Shown one piece after another: positions 13,007 through 23,600 of a stretch of DNA of 64,000 nucleotides. Origin of the DNA: Selaginella moellendorffii (Eukaryota; Plantae; Lycopodiophyta); the NCBI RefSeq assembly GCF_000143415.4, contig NW_003314276.1:2231072-2295071 (forward strand), written 5' to 3'. The position numbers and the translations under genes were made by a program. The first letter of the stretch is position 1; every line of letters begins with the position of its first letter. Below the pieces are notes generated by a model. It saw only the letters and a list, made by a program, of their open reading frames with translations, was not told where the DNA came from and did not search any database.

Positions 13007-13275
13007 ATTGTTGAAGCTACATCCTCGTGACCTCAAGAGCTTCGGATCTAAATCTATCGATCTATCTATCTTGTGTTTCTAGTCTCGCAGTGTGCCCATC
13101 GAAAAGCATGAGACATTATGCAAATGCAATGCAGTTTATTACTTTATCAAATTCTCCACCTTGTCCTCGCCAAATCCATTTCAGTAACGTTTTGGAGGAA
13201 CGAGGAAGAAGGACGCTAAATGTATAGTTTATAGTCTCATCATTCTTAGATTGCACTATTTCTTTCTCTAGGACG

Positions 13276-15690
13276 TTACCAGCAGTCCTTACAGGAACAG
13301 CCACCACTTATCTCAAAGTGGTGAAACTTGCTCTCGTCTCGCAACACAATCCTCCTCCTCGTTCTCTCGGAGATGATCTTAAGAGCTGCATGACAATCCC
13401 AGCAAGCTCGAGATTTTTTAACCACTTGCAGCTCCCTACCGTGTGGCGTGGAGATCAATCCAAGACCGACTGCCAGCATCTCGCTGTGGTGGCGACGGGA
13501 ATCCTGTTCATCCAGCACACATCTAGCAAGCTCTCGCCGGATCTCTTCAGCCCTGGGATGAGACGATCCATCACCAGCAGAGAATTCATGTACCACCTTG
13601 TCAATCTCGATGAAACTCTCCAACTCCTTGGACGGAACGGCTCCAACAAAACCATCCTCGAGTTTGTCCCTCCCAGCAGACGAGAAAATGCTCGACAGCA
13701 TCACCAGTGCCTGGGAGTTTCCCACTAGGCCGTGGAGCTGGAACGAACGCTCCGCAACACGGGCTGCCCGATCGAAGTCACCGTGAACCTTGCAAGCGTT
13801 GAGCAGCGAGAAGCACACGGCCTCGGTTGGAAGGCACGGCATCGCAAAGAAGAGCTCCTCGGCCTCCCTCAGCGATCCTGCTCGAGCCAACGTGTCCACC
13901 AGGCACGAGTAGTGCTCCACCTTTGGAGTGAAGTTCGTGTAGTCTTCACGGATGGACGAGAGCTGCGAGACAGCATCCCGGCTTCTTCGACCGCCATGAC
14001 TGATCGAGAAAAGGATGCTGACGAAGCTACTGTCGTTTGGAGTGACGCCTTCCAAGGTCAGGTCCCAGTAGAGCTCCATGGCCTGTGTGTCGTGTCCGTG
14101 TTGGGCGTAAGCTGCGATCATCGTGTTCCAGGCCACCACGTCTCGAGCAAAGATCTTGTCAAACACTGCTCGAGCCGATGCCACTCGGCCACACTTCCCG
14201 TAGAGGTTGACGAGCGAGGTTTTCACGACGATGTCCGACTCGATCTCCTGGGACAGACTCGAGTGAGTTGCATGGATCTCGCTGCCTCTCTCCAGCGCGG
14301 CCATGTCCGCGCAAGCGTCTAGGATGCTCACCACCGTGATCACGTTTGGCTTCACAAGCTTTTCGTCCATGATCCGCTCGTAGAGCTCCAAAACTTCTCG
14401 CCCGCGTCCCTGCTGAGCGTACGTCGCGATCATGGAGTTCCAAGTCACGATGTTCCTGGCAGTGATCCTGTCGAAGGCGTCCCTGGCGTCTTGGATGCTG
14501 CCACACTTCCCATACAAGCTGACGAGGGAGTTTCCCAGCATGACGAAGCTCTCGTATCCGGCAGCGGCGATTCTCTCGTGGATCGTCTTGGCCTCTTCCA
14601 AACTTCCACACGCCGCGAGCATGCTGACGAAGGTGACGTGATCCGGCCTCACTCCTTCCAGCTCCATGAGCCGAAAGATCCGGAACGCGTTTCGCTCACA
14701 ACCATTTTGAGCGCAGGCCGCGATGAGAGCGCTCCAAGCCACCACCGTTCTCTCCGGCATCGCATCAAACACCTCCTTGGCCTGCTCGAGCTTTCCAAAC
14801 CTCCCATACATCGTCAGCACGGCAGTCTGGACGATCAGACCCGAGTCGAAACCGCAAGCTCTGATCCGGCTGTAGGTCCTCTCCCCCTGCTGGACAGTCG
14901 AGCAAGAACTTAGAAGAGTCACAAGCGTAGCCTCTTTAGATCTCATACCTTGAAAGTCCATCTCGTGGTGGAGTCTCATGGCTTCTCGAGTAAAACCATG
15001 CTGCGCGTACGCTCCTAGCATCGAGTTCCAGCAATGCGAGTCTCTTACCTCGAGCTCGATCGAGTCGAAAATCTCCCTGGCAGCTCGCACAGCTCCACAC
15101 TTGCCGTAGAGATTGACGAGCGCGGTGGCCACCACCAAGTCGGAGTGGAGTCCACTCTCTACTGCCACGGCTCGGACGCTCTGGCCGGAGGAGAGATCGC
15201 CGAGATCCGAGCAAACAGTGATAGCGATGCTGAGAGTGAAGCTATCGACGCGAATCCCCTCCAGCAGCATCCTCCAGAACAATCCAAGCGCCGCGTGAAA
15301 ATGCCCATTGTGGGCATACGCCGAGAGGATCATCGTCCACGAGTACTCGTTCCAGCGCTTGATCCCATCAAACACTTCCTTGGCCTCTTCCACAAGCCCG
15401 CATTTGCCATACATTTCCACTGCCAGGTTCTTGAGGAATCGGAGCTTCTCGTGGCCGGTTCTTCCCACGAATCTCATCGAGTTGCCCTGGTCGCTCTTGA
15501 CGATGTGGGCGTGGACTCGCCGCCCCTGCTCCGCGTCCCTGGCCAGCGCGCAACGCCGGAGCAGCGCTGCGTACGCCGCCGAGTCCACGAAATCCTGGCG
15601 CTCCATCGCGCCTACCTCCTCGCGCAATCCTAGATGTGAATCGCCGGGGAGCGGCTGCAGCGCCCATTCCGCTTGGATCGCGGCCACCAT
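13276..15690 (-). CDS. PLS-class pentatricopeptide repeat protein with DYW-type deaminase domain (ends DCW); organellar C-to-U editing factor
   Basis: Intronless 804-aa ORF with repeated MYGKCG/LYGKCG..A..VF..WN.MI.AYAQ motifs, E-domain HYSCLVDTLARAG, HSE...CWDCH and terminal CSCKDCW. Confidence 0.93.
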   Translation of the reverse strand: MVAAIQAEWALQPLPGDSHLGLREEVGAMERQDFVDSAAYAALLRRCALARDAEQGRRVHAHIVKSDQGNSMRFVGRTGHEKLRFLKNLAVEMYGKCGLVEEAKEVFDGIKRWNEYSWTMILSAYAHNGHFHAALGLFWRMLLEGIRVDSFTLSIAITVCSDLGDLSSGQSVRAVAVESGLHSDLVVATALVNLYGKCGAVRAAREIFDSIELEVRDSHCWNSMLGAYAQHGFTREAMRLHHEMDFQGMRSKEATLVTLLSSCSTVQQGERTYSRIRACGFDSGLIVQTAVLTMYGRFGKLEQAKEVFDAMPERTVVAWSALIAACAQNGCERNAFRIFRLMELEGVRPDHVTFVSMLAACGSLEEAKTIHERIAAAGYESFVMLGNSLVSLYGKCGSIQDARDAFDRITARNIVTWNSMIATYAQQGRGREVLELYERIMDEKLVKPNVITVVSILDACADMAALERGSEIHATHSSLSQEIESDIVVKTSLVNLYGKCGRVASARAVFDKIFARDVVAWNTMIAAYAQHGHDTQAMELYWDLTLEGVTPNDSSFVSILFSISHGGRRSRDAVSQLSSIREDYTNFTPKVEHYSCLVDTLARAGSLREAEELFFAMPCLPTEAVCFSLLNACKVHGDFDRAARVAERSFQLHGLVGNSQALVMLSSIFSSAGRDKLEDGFVGAVPSKELESFIEIDKVVHEFSAGDGSSHPRAEEIRRELARCVLDEQDSRRHHSEMLAVGLGLISTPHGRELQVVKKSRACWDCHAALKIISERTRRRIVLRDESKFHHFEISGGCSCKDCW

Positions 15691-15775
15691 CGCTCATTGA
15701 TCGGAAGAGCCCTAAAATAAATGTGGAGTAGAAGAGTTTAACTGAGCTAAAGAGTAAATAGCGAAAAGATCCAGA

Positions 15776-15829
15776 AAAGCCCATGAAGAGGATTGATCCA
15801 TCCCAAGTCCTCTCCTCTTCATGGGCTTT
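15776..15829. repeat. perfect 17-bp inverted repeat (hairpin, 20-nt loop) ~85 bp upstream of the PPR-DYW start
   Basis: AAAGCCCATGAAGAGGA (15776-15792) and TCCTCTTCATGGGCTTT (15813-15829) are exact reverse complements. A paralogous, partly decayed hairpin lies at ~37700-37748. Confidence 0.85.
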
Positions 15830-16049
15830 CCGCGCCATCCTCCTCTTTGCCTGCTTAAGTCATGCTCTCTCCCAAAAAAATATCGGAAAGATCATGATCA
15901 TGTCCTTGATATTATATTTTGATATGCTAAATTCTTGCCTCTTGCAAGGATACCTTTTACTTGGTGGCAAGCCTAAGGATATGTCATGTTGGTGCTAGTC
16001 TGATATATATAAGTTTGTTTATTGTGCCCGATCTGACCTTATCTATATG

Positions 16050-16650
16050 AATGCAATGTATGGATTTGTCCCTCTAGCTTTCATCTGCTTTTCGCCATCA
16101 GACCAAAAATGATGGTAGGGATGTCTCTCAGGTGCTGGTACTGGGAGATGTAAAACGAGGGAGCACTGCTTGCATCCCGTGGGATGCGTGGTCGATAGTG
16201 TCGGCCGCGTTTCACTTCTAGTCGATGAGCGCTGCAGCAGTAGGCAGTCATTGTAGTGCAAACCCATTCTAGGTCGAGGCCCAGTCGTGTTGTCCAAGCT
16301 CTCACCTCGCTCCACCATCCTCCATTTCTCTGGTACATGAGGCTTTAGCCTTGGCTATCTTGGTGGTCACGTTGCAGTGCTTTGATGAAGGAAATTGTCT
16401 GTTTCTATGGCTGGATAGTGCATTCTACCTGCTGATGCGATCCTTCACTCCCTGCCTCTTTGATAAAGAGTGTAGACCAGCTACTTGTACATGGTTGTCT
16501 CAGTTACTTGCTCCCTGGTATCGTGGTACCCCAAAAACCATGAGTTGTGTTTTGGAGAGGTTGACTTGCATACCTGCCTGCACATAAAATTGTGCCACCG
16601 TATCAAACAATTGCTGCATCATGAGGGCATCTGGAGCTGGTAGCAGAAGA
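16050..16650 (-). mobile_element. non-LTR (LINE) reverse-transcriptase relic
   Basis: Minus-strand translation QLFDTVAQFYVQAGMQVNLSKTQLMVFG (~16530-16615) is typical of the end of LINE RT domains. Boundaries approximate. Confidence 0.55.
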
Positions 16651-17434
16651 TCCATGTAGAGAGTCTCAAGTGCATTAGAAAAGGGAGAGTGTGTCCACTT
16701 TAAGGTTTTTGGTGTTTGGCAGTTTGGGCTAGAATATCTTAGTTTATTCTATAAAATAACTGGTTAAGATATTAATTAAATGTTTTTTCTGTAAATATAA
16801 AAATCAGTTTAGATGTTTTTTTTTTACCTTTTTTTTTTCTTTCTACCAATTTCTTCAAGAGTCCCAACAACACTGTACTACTTGGGCTGTTGAAGTGTCC
16901 TCTAGTGCTCCTATGAATCTCAAAGTTGCATCCCCCTACCATTCTGCAAGAAGCCCTCATTAAATTGCCAAGAGTTAGCTTTTATTCCATTTTAGAGCAA
17001 AATGTGACCACACCAAATGGTTTTTAGGTTTGCCACCACAAGACCATTTGATTCTGAATGTTAATGCCCTGCTATGTGAGAGCCAAAATTTGGTATTGAG
17101 GTTTGAGTTGAAAAACAAGAATTATTTTCTGGAGTGGATTGATAAACAAGGGTTGCAAATTTCCCTCCCAACACTTTGCAATTAATGGATCTAGACATCT
17201 TGGTGGGCTCACCTCAACTATGTGATGGCAGATTATCATAAAAACTTCCACAATCAAGCTTCAATCCATGGGTAAGCAAGGCTTGTTCATTCCTATCTGC
17301 TCACATGCCACATTGTGCTTATGTAGAAACTTTGTTCCTTACAGCTGCTACAAGCTGGCTGCCCTACTATTGCAAGATGACATCATTGAGCATATTGGAT
17401 AAGTAATACATCTTGCAGTGCTTTTATAATATTA

Positions 17435-18984
17435 CTGTCTTCCTTTGTGACATTAACATGAGACTTTGTCTTATGCTTGTTGGGACATTCCGAGGATCTA
17501 TGTCCTGTCTCTCCACAATGGAAGCAATGACCTACATTACTTGTTCTGCTAGGAGCAGGTTTCGCAAGTTGCTGCTACTTGTACTTATTAGGAGGAGGAA
17601 CAAAAGGTATAGGACTAGAAGAAGCTACTAGTGGTCGCCAACCACCACCACCTTTATTAACCATTGCTTATGAGCTTCCAGGGCAGAACTTTCCTTCCAC
17701 CCTCTATTTCCGATCACCTTGTTTATTCCCAAAATTCTTATTCTTGTCCAAGGTACTAACATACGGCTGTTGATATTTTTCCATGAGCGAGTGACTATGA
17801 CTAAAGGAAACTTGCTGTGCTGCCCCCTTACACTCTAGGTACGTCTTTGGCTTAAACTTCAAAACCTCATTGCAAGAAAGTGAACTTAAACCTTCCAGGA
17901 AATAATTTTGAGCATCTTCATCACTTATATTGGCAATCATAATGCACTTTTGAACAAATACATTAACGTAATGTATAAGGTCCCCTTGTTGTTTTAACCA
18001 CCCTAGCTCCGCACGAAGTCTTAGACTAAGATCATCCGGCAAGTATCCCTTACGGATACGAGACCACATCTTGGTCCAACTTCTAGTTTGCCCTTTTTCA
18101 GCACACACCTGGCGCCAGCAAGTTTTGGCATGATCGGTGAGAAAGGATTACACACATGCAACTTTTGTATAATCATTTATATTTGCTGCTATGAAATAGT
18201 TTTCCATATTATAGGCCCAGTCTTCCAAAACCTGATAGTCCCATATGCCTCTAAAATTGGGTGGTTTCAGAGGCTTAAACTTTGAAACTCATGCAACCGA
18301 GGGCGATTGCAAAACTTCATCATCCTCAAAATTTGAAGAAAAAGTTCAATTGCTCAGGTAGCTTCTTTTTTCCTCTTCTTGCCCCCCCCCCCTCTCCCTC
18401 TCCCTCTTCCCCTTTTGAGGAACACACGCTTTGGGCTTTCACCCCATAGTATCAAGAGTTAGTCTCTAGGATAAATTCAAAACTTATTAAATATAGAATA
18501 TCCTTAGATTGCAAATTTGGATACGGGACAAACATCATTGTATTTAAGACAATCTCTACATTTTGTAGATATGCTAAATGAGTAAATCTAGACACTTTCC
18601 ATAAATAGCATTTGGGATTGAAATGAGACTAACATAAAGGGCATGATAGCGAGGGTGTTTGACAAACACAATAAGCTATCATGTAGCGCTATTGAGGGAC
18701 TAGACTCAATACGTGAGGGTTCTTGTCAAGCTAGTGCAAGACAGAGAAAAAGAGAATTAACAAGTTGGGCCAAGTATGTTTGGTTAAATAGACACTTAAG
18801 AATTCCTTCCTTATGCTTATTCAGCTAAGTACAAATGCTAAGTCCAATTTACTAACACTTGGATAAAAGGGGCTAATAAAGGGAACTAGCAATACCAACC
18901 TCCTACCATTATGGCAGTACAAAGAAAGTGTCCGTAAGGATTGGCCGACAAGTATCTTTTGATACCCGAAGTCACATCACAACA
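17435..18984 (-). mobile_element. 5' half of a family A chromovirus (5' LTR ~18380-18984 with internal deletion, gag), inverted relative to its 3' half
   Basis: gag ORF 17704-18108 (YFLEGLS..EVLKFKPKTY..C) is colinear with 60100-60900. The LTR is homologous to 1597-2176 and 24314-24845. Confidence 0.85.
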
Positions 18985-20546
18985 CTCTCAAGATCACCCA
19001 CGTGCACAATTAGGTTCACCCCATCCCTTATACATGCATTTGTACAGCCATTGCCAATGAAAATTGGCTTTGCCACATGACAGAAATGTAGATGGGAATG
19101 TATGGCAACAGACCGAGTAATAGAAGATAAACTCGAGTCTATATCAACTAATATGGAGAGAATAACAAAAGACCTCTTATTTTAAAAAAGAGTTTAGAAA
19201 ACAAACACTGGATGAACTGATGCCAAGTGAACCCCTTGATGATACTCTCGAAAGAAAGATGGAGGGGTTACTGATTTATTCATGCAAGGACCCTTTGCTA
19301 TTCACGTGACTCTTTATTTCCCGGAAGCATCTCAATGTCCAAACCTTCCACTATAGCAACACCAATATAATGTTGTTAACGCCAAAGTCTCCACGTAGGA
19401 ATGAAGGTTGTCAATCTAGAAAATGCTAATAACATCAATAAGTGTGACAAACTTCATCACCCAGCAATAGACATCACGGCTACAACCATATCCTCGCCCT
19501 TGTCCTTGCACTCGGGCAGTAACAACATCAACTTCCATTGGAACGGGGCTATCTCCCATAAGAAGTGGAGCTAAAGGACGTATAGCAACAAGAGGAAGAG
19601 GCAACATTTCATAATATTGTGCCAAGTAAAAAACATTATTAAGGGTGGCTAGAGTAAGTGCATGTATAAGTCTTACAAGATCTTGATAAAGTACTAGCCA
19701 CAACATTCCTAACTTGATCCGCTCTAATATATTAAGCTCCACACGAAGCAAAGGGCTTTGGAAATGAATGCCAAATTGCATTATGAACTTAAATAACCTT
19801 TAACAAAGATAATGCAATTGTTAAAAAGCATCATTACAATTATCAACATGTCTAAATGTGCATTTGAAGACGTCTAGGAGAATGCTTCAATCCTCATAAG
19901 TGGTTACGCTTAAACTATTGTACCATTATAATGCTGTCCTTTGGAGATACGTGGGAAATTCACGCAAATGCCAAGTATCATCCTAAGAATGATATGTGAT
20001 AATCACTATAAAATGATTAAACTAATGGTACATATCATCCCCAAGATTCCCATGGAAGAACTTCAGCCAGACTCAAAGATTGGTAACAAGAGCAGAAGGA
20101 ATTGTATCACGTGTTGTGAATATCATCATTAATTAAGTTTGATTGTTCAATTACAACCACATAGTATCAAACAATGGCACCAATTGCTACTCTAATATTG
20201 AAGGAGGAGGAGGTTGCTACTTTGCCATGAAAATAAACGAAAAGGAAAAAAAAAAAAAGGAGAAGAAATTGAAAAAATTATAAAGAGAAGGAAATTTAGA
20301 CAATACAAAAGCTAAATCTAAAGTAGAATCCCAAATTTAAACACTCCTTAAAGACAATCAAAGTTGCCTCTCACTTCCAGCAATATGAGTGCATGGAATA
20401 TAGAAATGGAAGATAAAAATTAACCTAAAAACCCTAGTTTATATACATGAGCGAGTGGTTCAAATTGAAATTAATCCAATGGTTATTAAAATCCCACTTT
20501 GCTAATATTAATATATGATATCTTAGCCATACACTTGGACCTCACA
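18985..20546 (-). mobile_element. 5' half of a family B element (LTR 20384-20546, PBS, gag with PVPMEVD motif, start of protease)
   Basis: Colinear with 5725-6593. ORF 19416-19781 contains SPVPMEVDVV...GQGRG...CW (gag C-terminus and decayed zinc knuckle). Confidence 0.8.
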
Positions 20547-20601
20547 AATACTAATTATTATTATTATTATATTGTTAATATAAGTAAATAAATTTTAAAT
20601 A

Positions 20602-23600
20602 TAGGTGGTGAAGTTGAAAGGGTTGACAAGTTGGTCAATGTAGACTATGAGGAAGAGGAGGTGAGTTACTTTCTTTACTTTCCTCAAGCTTTTCTTGCAG
20701 TCAATACAAATATTGATCTGTTGATGTATCTGGTATGCTTTGTCCGCAGACACCAAATCTGAGTGATGATTGATACAGGAGCTACGCACAGTATGATATC
20801 CAAAGACTTGGCTAAGTTATTAGCATTGCATGTTGAGCAAATGTCACCCATACACTTCCAGTTTGTAGAAGGTGGGCAAGTATCCAGAAAATTTATGAGT
20901 GATATTCCAATAAAAATATCTAAGTGGAAAGAAAGAGTGGACTTAGTAGTGTTGAAGATACTAGATTTTCAGTGGTGTTTAGTATGGATTTCTTCAAGAA
21001 ATATATTAAAGGGATTTATGGTGCTGGAAAAAGTCACATCATATTGAAGTTAGAAGGATGTCCTAATGTGTCCTTTCAGTTGTAAAAGCACTCCTCAAAG
21101 GATTGAAATGTTAAGTTCCTAACTATGAGAGCTGCTCAAAAAGCAGCTAAGAAAGGATGTCAAACCTTTTGGGTTTAAGTGATGGAAGTTGAGAGTGATG
21201 GTGATTCAGTTTGAATCGGTGACAGGTTGATCCTATACCAAAGAAGATATTGGAGTTGTTGGCAAGGAATCAAGATATCTTTCCAAAGGATTTGCCACCA
21301 AGGCTACCTCCTAGCCGTGAGGCTGATTATCGAATTGAGGTTATTCCAGGTTTTAAACCACTTACAAAAGCTTCATATCGTTTGAACATCAACGAGATGG
21401 TTGAACTCAAGAAGCAACTCATGGAACTTCTTAAAAAAAGTCATATCCAACTAAGCAAATCACCTTATGGAGCACTGGTCTTTTTTATTATAAAAAAGGA
21501 TGGAATCTAAGGATATGTATTAACTATTGGGCATTTAACAAGATCACAGTCAAAAATAATTATCCTTTGCCTCACATTGATGACTTGTTTGACCAACTCT
21601 TAAAAGCTTAGTATTTTATATGACTTGATTTGCGGTTTGGATATCATCAGATATGGGTGGCAGATCAGGATGTGGAGAAGATAGCCTTTAAGACTCGATA
21701 TGGGTCTTATGAGTTCCTCATCATGCTGTTTGGATTATGCAATGCTTAGACAATGTTCAGCACTATGATGAATAAAATATTTGGAAATTATTTGGACATA
21801 TTTGTTGTACTATATATTAATGATGTTCTAGTCTTCAGTGAAATATTGAAGGATCATTCGAAACACTTGGAGTTGGTGTTTTAGAAGTTGTGTGAACACA
21901 AACTATATGCTAAGGAAAGTAAATGTGCTTTTAGACAATTGCGCATGAACTTTCTTGGACATATATGTAGTGGTAGCATAATTGAAATGGATCCAAAGAA
22001 GGTGGAAGCGGTGAAGTCTTGGGAAGTCTCAACCACTTTATTAGATGTTCATTCATACAGCGCCGACAATAACTTGCTAGGAGCTGACGCGATCATTCCA
22101 GTATGGACACCCCAGGGGATGACATGAAGAGTAGTATACCGCTTCATTGGACATTAGCTTGTTAGTGTGCTTTTGTATGATTGAAAGAAATCTTGATGAT
22201 GGTTCCTATTTTCAAGATCCCAAATCTTGATAAACCCTTTGAAGTGCATTATGATTCATCTAGCTATACTATAGGTCTTGTATTACAGCAATATTGTGAC
22301 AAAGTGGTTAATGTTATGCTAAGGTGACATAGTTGTCCTATTGCATTCTATTCCAAGAAATTGGATGAAACTCAATGAAGATGGCGAACATATGAAAAAT
22401 AGATGTTTGCTATAGTGTTGGCATTGGAACATTGGAGACATTATTTGGGTGGATATACTAAGGTTTATACAAATAGTAACACACTAAGCTACTTTGCTAT
22501 GTAGCTAAAGCTTATGCTGAAGTAGACTTGTTGACAAGAGAAGCTCACTAGATTCAATATTGAAATCATTTATAAACTTGGTAAAGACAATATTGTTTCG
22601 GATGTATTGAATTGTCAAGCTCAATTCCGGGCAATATCGACAATTAGTTTGGATTGGTTGGAGGACGTTTGGACTTCGTATGGAAGTGATCCATTGGTGA
22701 AGGAAATTTTGCACCATGCGGAGTTGTTGAAGTGGAACCCTAGTAGTGAAGCAGCGAAAGTTGCTAGTCGTACCAATATAAAGCTTCACTTCTCAGTTCG
22801 GGATAGGCTTATTTTCTATAAACAAGAAAGATTGTATCTTCCCTCTAAGGATCTATAGTAGTTGTTTATGTGGGAACATCACAATGTTCTAGCAACGGAA
22901 CATGGTGGGAAGCAAAAGACTCTTGCTTCATTGAAAAAGGGATTTTTCTAGTTTGGTATAGAAGGTGATGTAGTAGACTATGTCCATTCCTGCCCTATAT
23001 ACCAGCAATGTAAGCGCCAAATTGAGAAATAGGTTGGAAAGTTGCAATGCATTCCAACACTGGCATAGCTATTTTAGGATATGATATTTAACTTTGTCAC
23101 TTGCTTGCCAAAGTCTAAAGGTTATGATACTTTGATGGTGGTTGTGGATTGGTTGTTAAAGATTGCATGCACACTTCATTCCAACTGTGGAAACAGTGAA
23201 TGCAAAGCAAGCAACAAAGCCCTTTTTTTATGAAGTAGTGCGAGTTCATGGTCTTCCCGAAGAGATGATCTTGGATAAAGATTTGAGATAGGTGTGGCTA
23301 TCTTCCCGGAACTTGAATATTCAAGGATCTTTATCTTGGAAGCTATTACCGAGATATGTTAGACCCTATAGGGTGTTGAAATACATTGATAATGTATCCT
23401 ATCAGTTGGATCTTCCTGGAGAGATGTCCAATATTTATAATGTATTTCATGCCAATTTATTGGCTCCTTCCACTATGGATGTTGCACGTTAAGCAGAGAT
23501 TTGTCTGCCACTAGAAGTTGTGGATGGTAAACCTAAATATGAAGTGGAAGCTATTTTGGGTACACGTTAGCTTAAACGTGCCAAACGTCAAAAGTATCTA

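Noticed and set aside
13318-15838. Numerous antisense and alternative-frame ORFs over the PPR gene (likewise over 37.8-40.5 kb and 41.7-52 kb)
   Set aside because: Expected shadow ORFs of GC-rich coding sequence, with no independent motifs.
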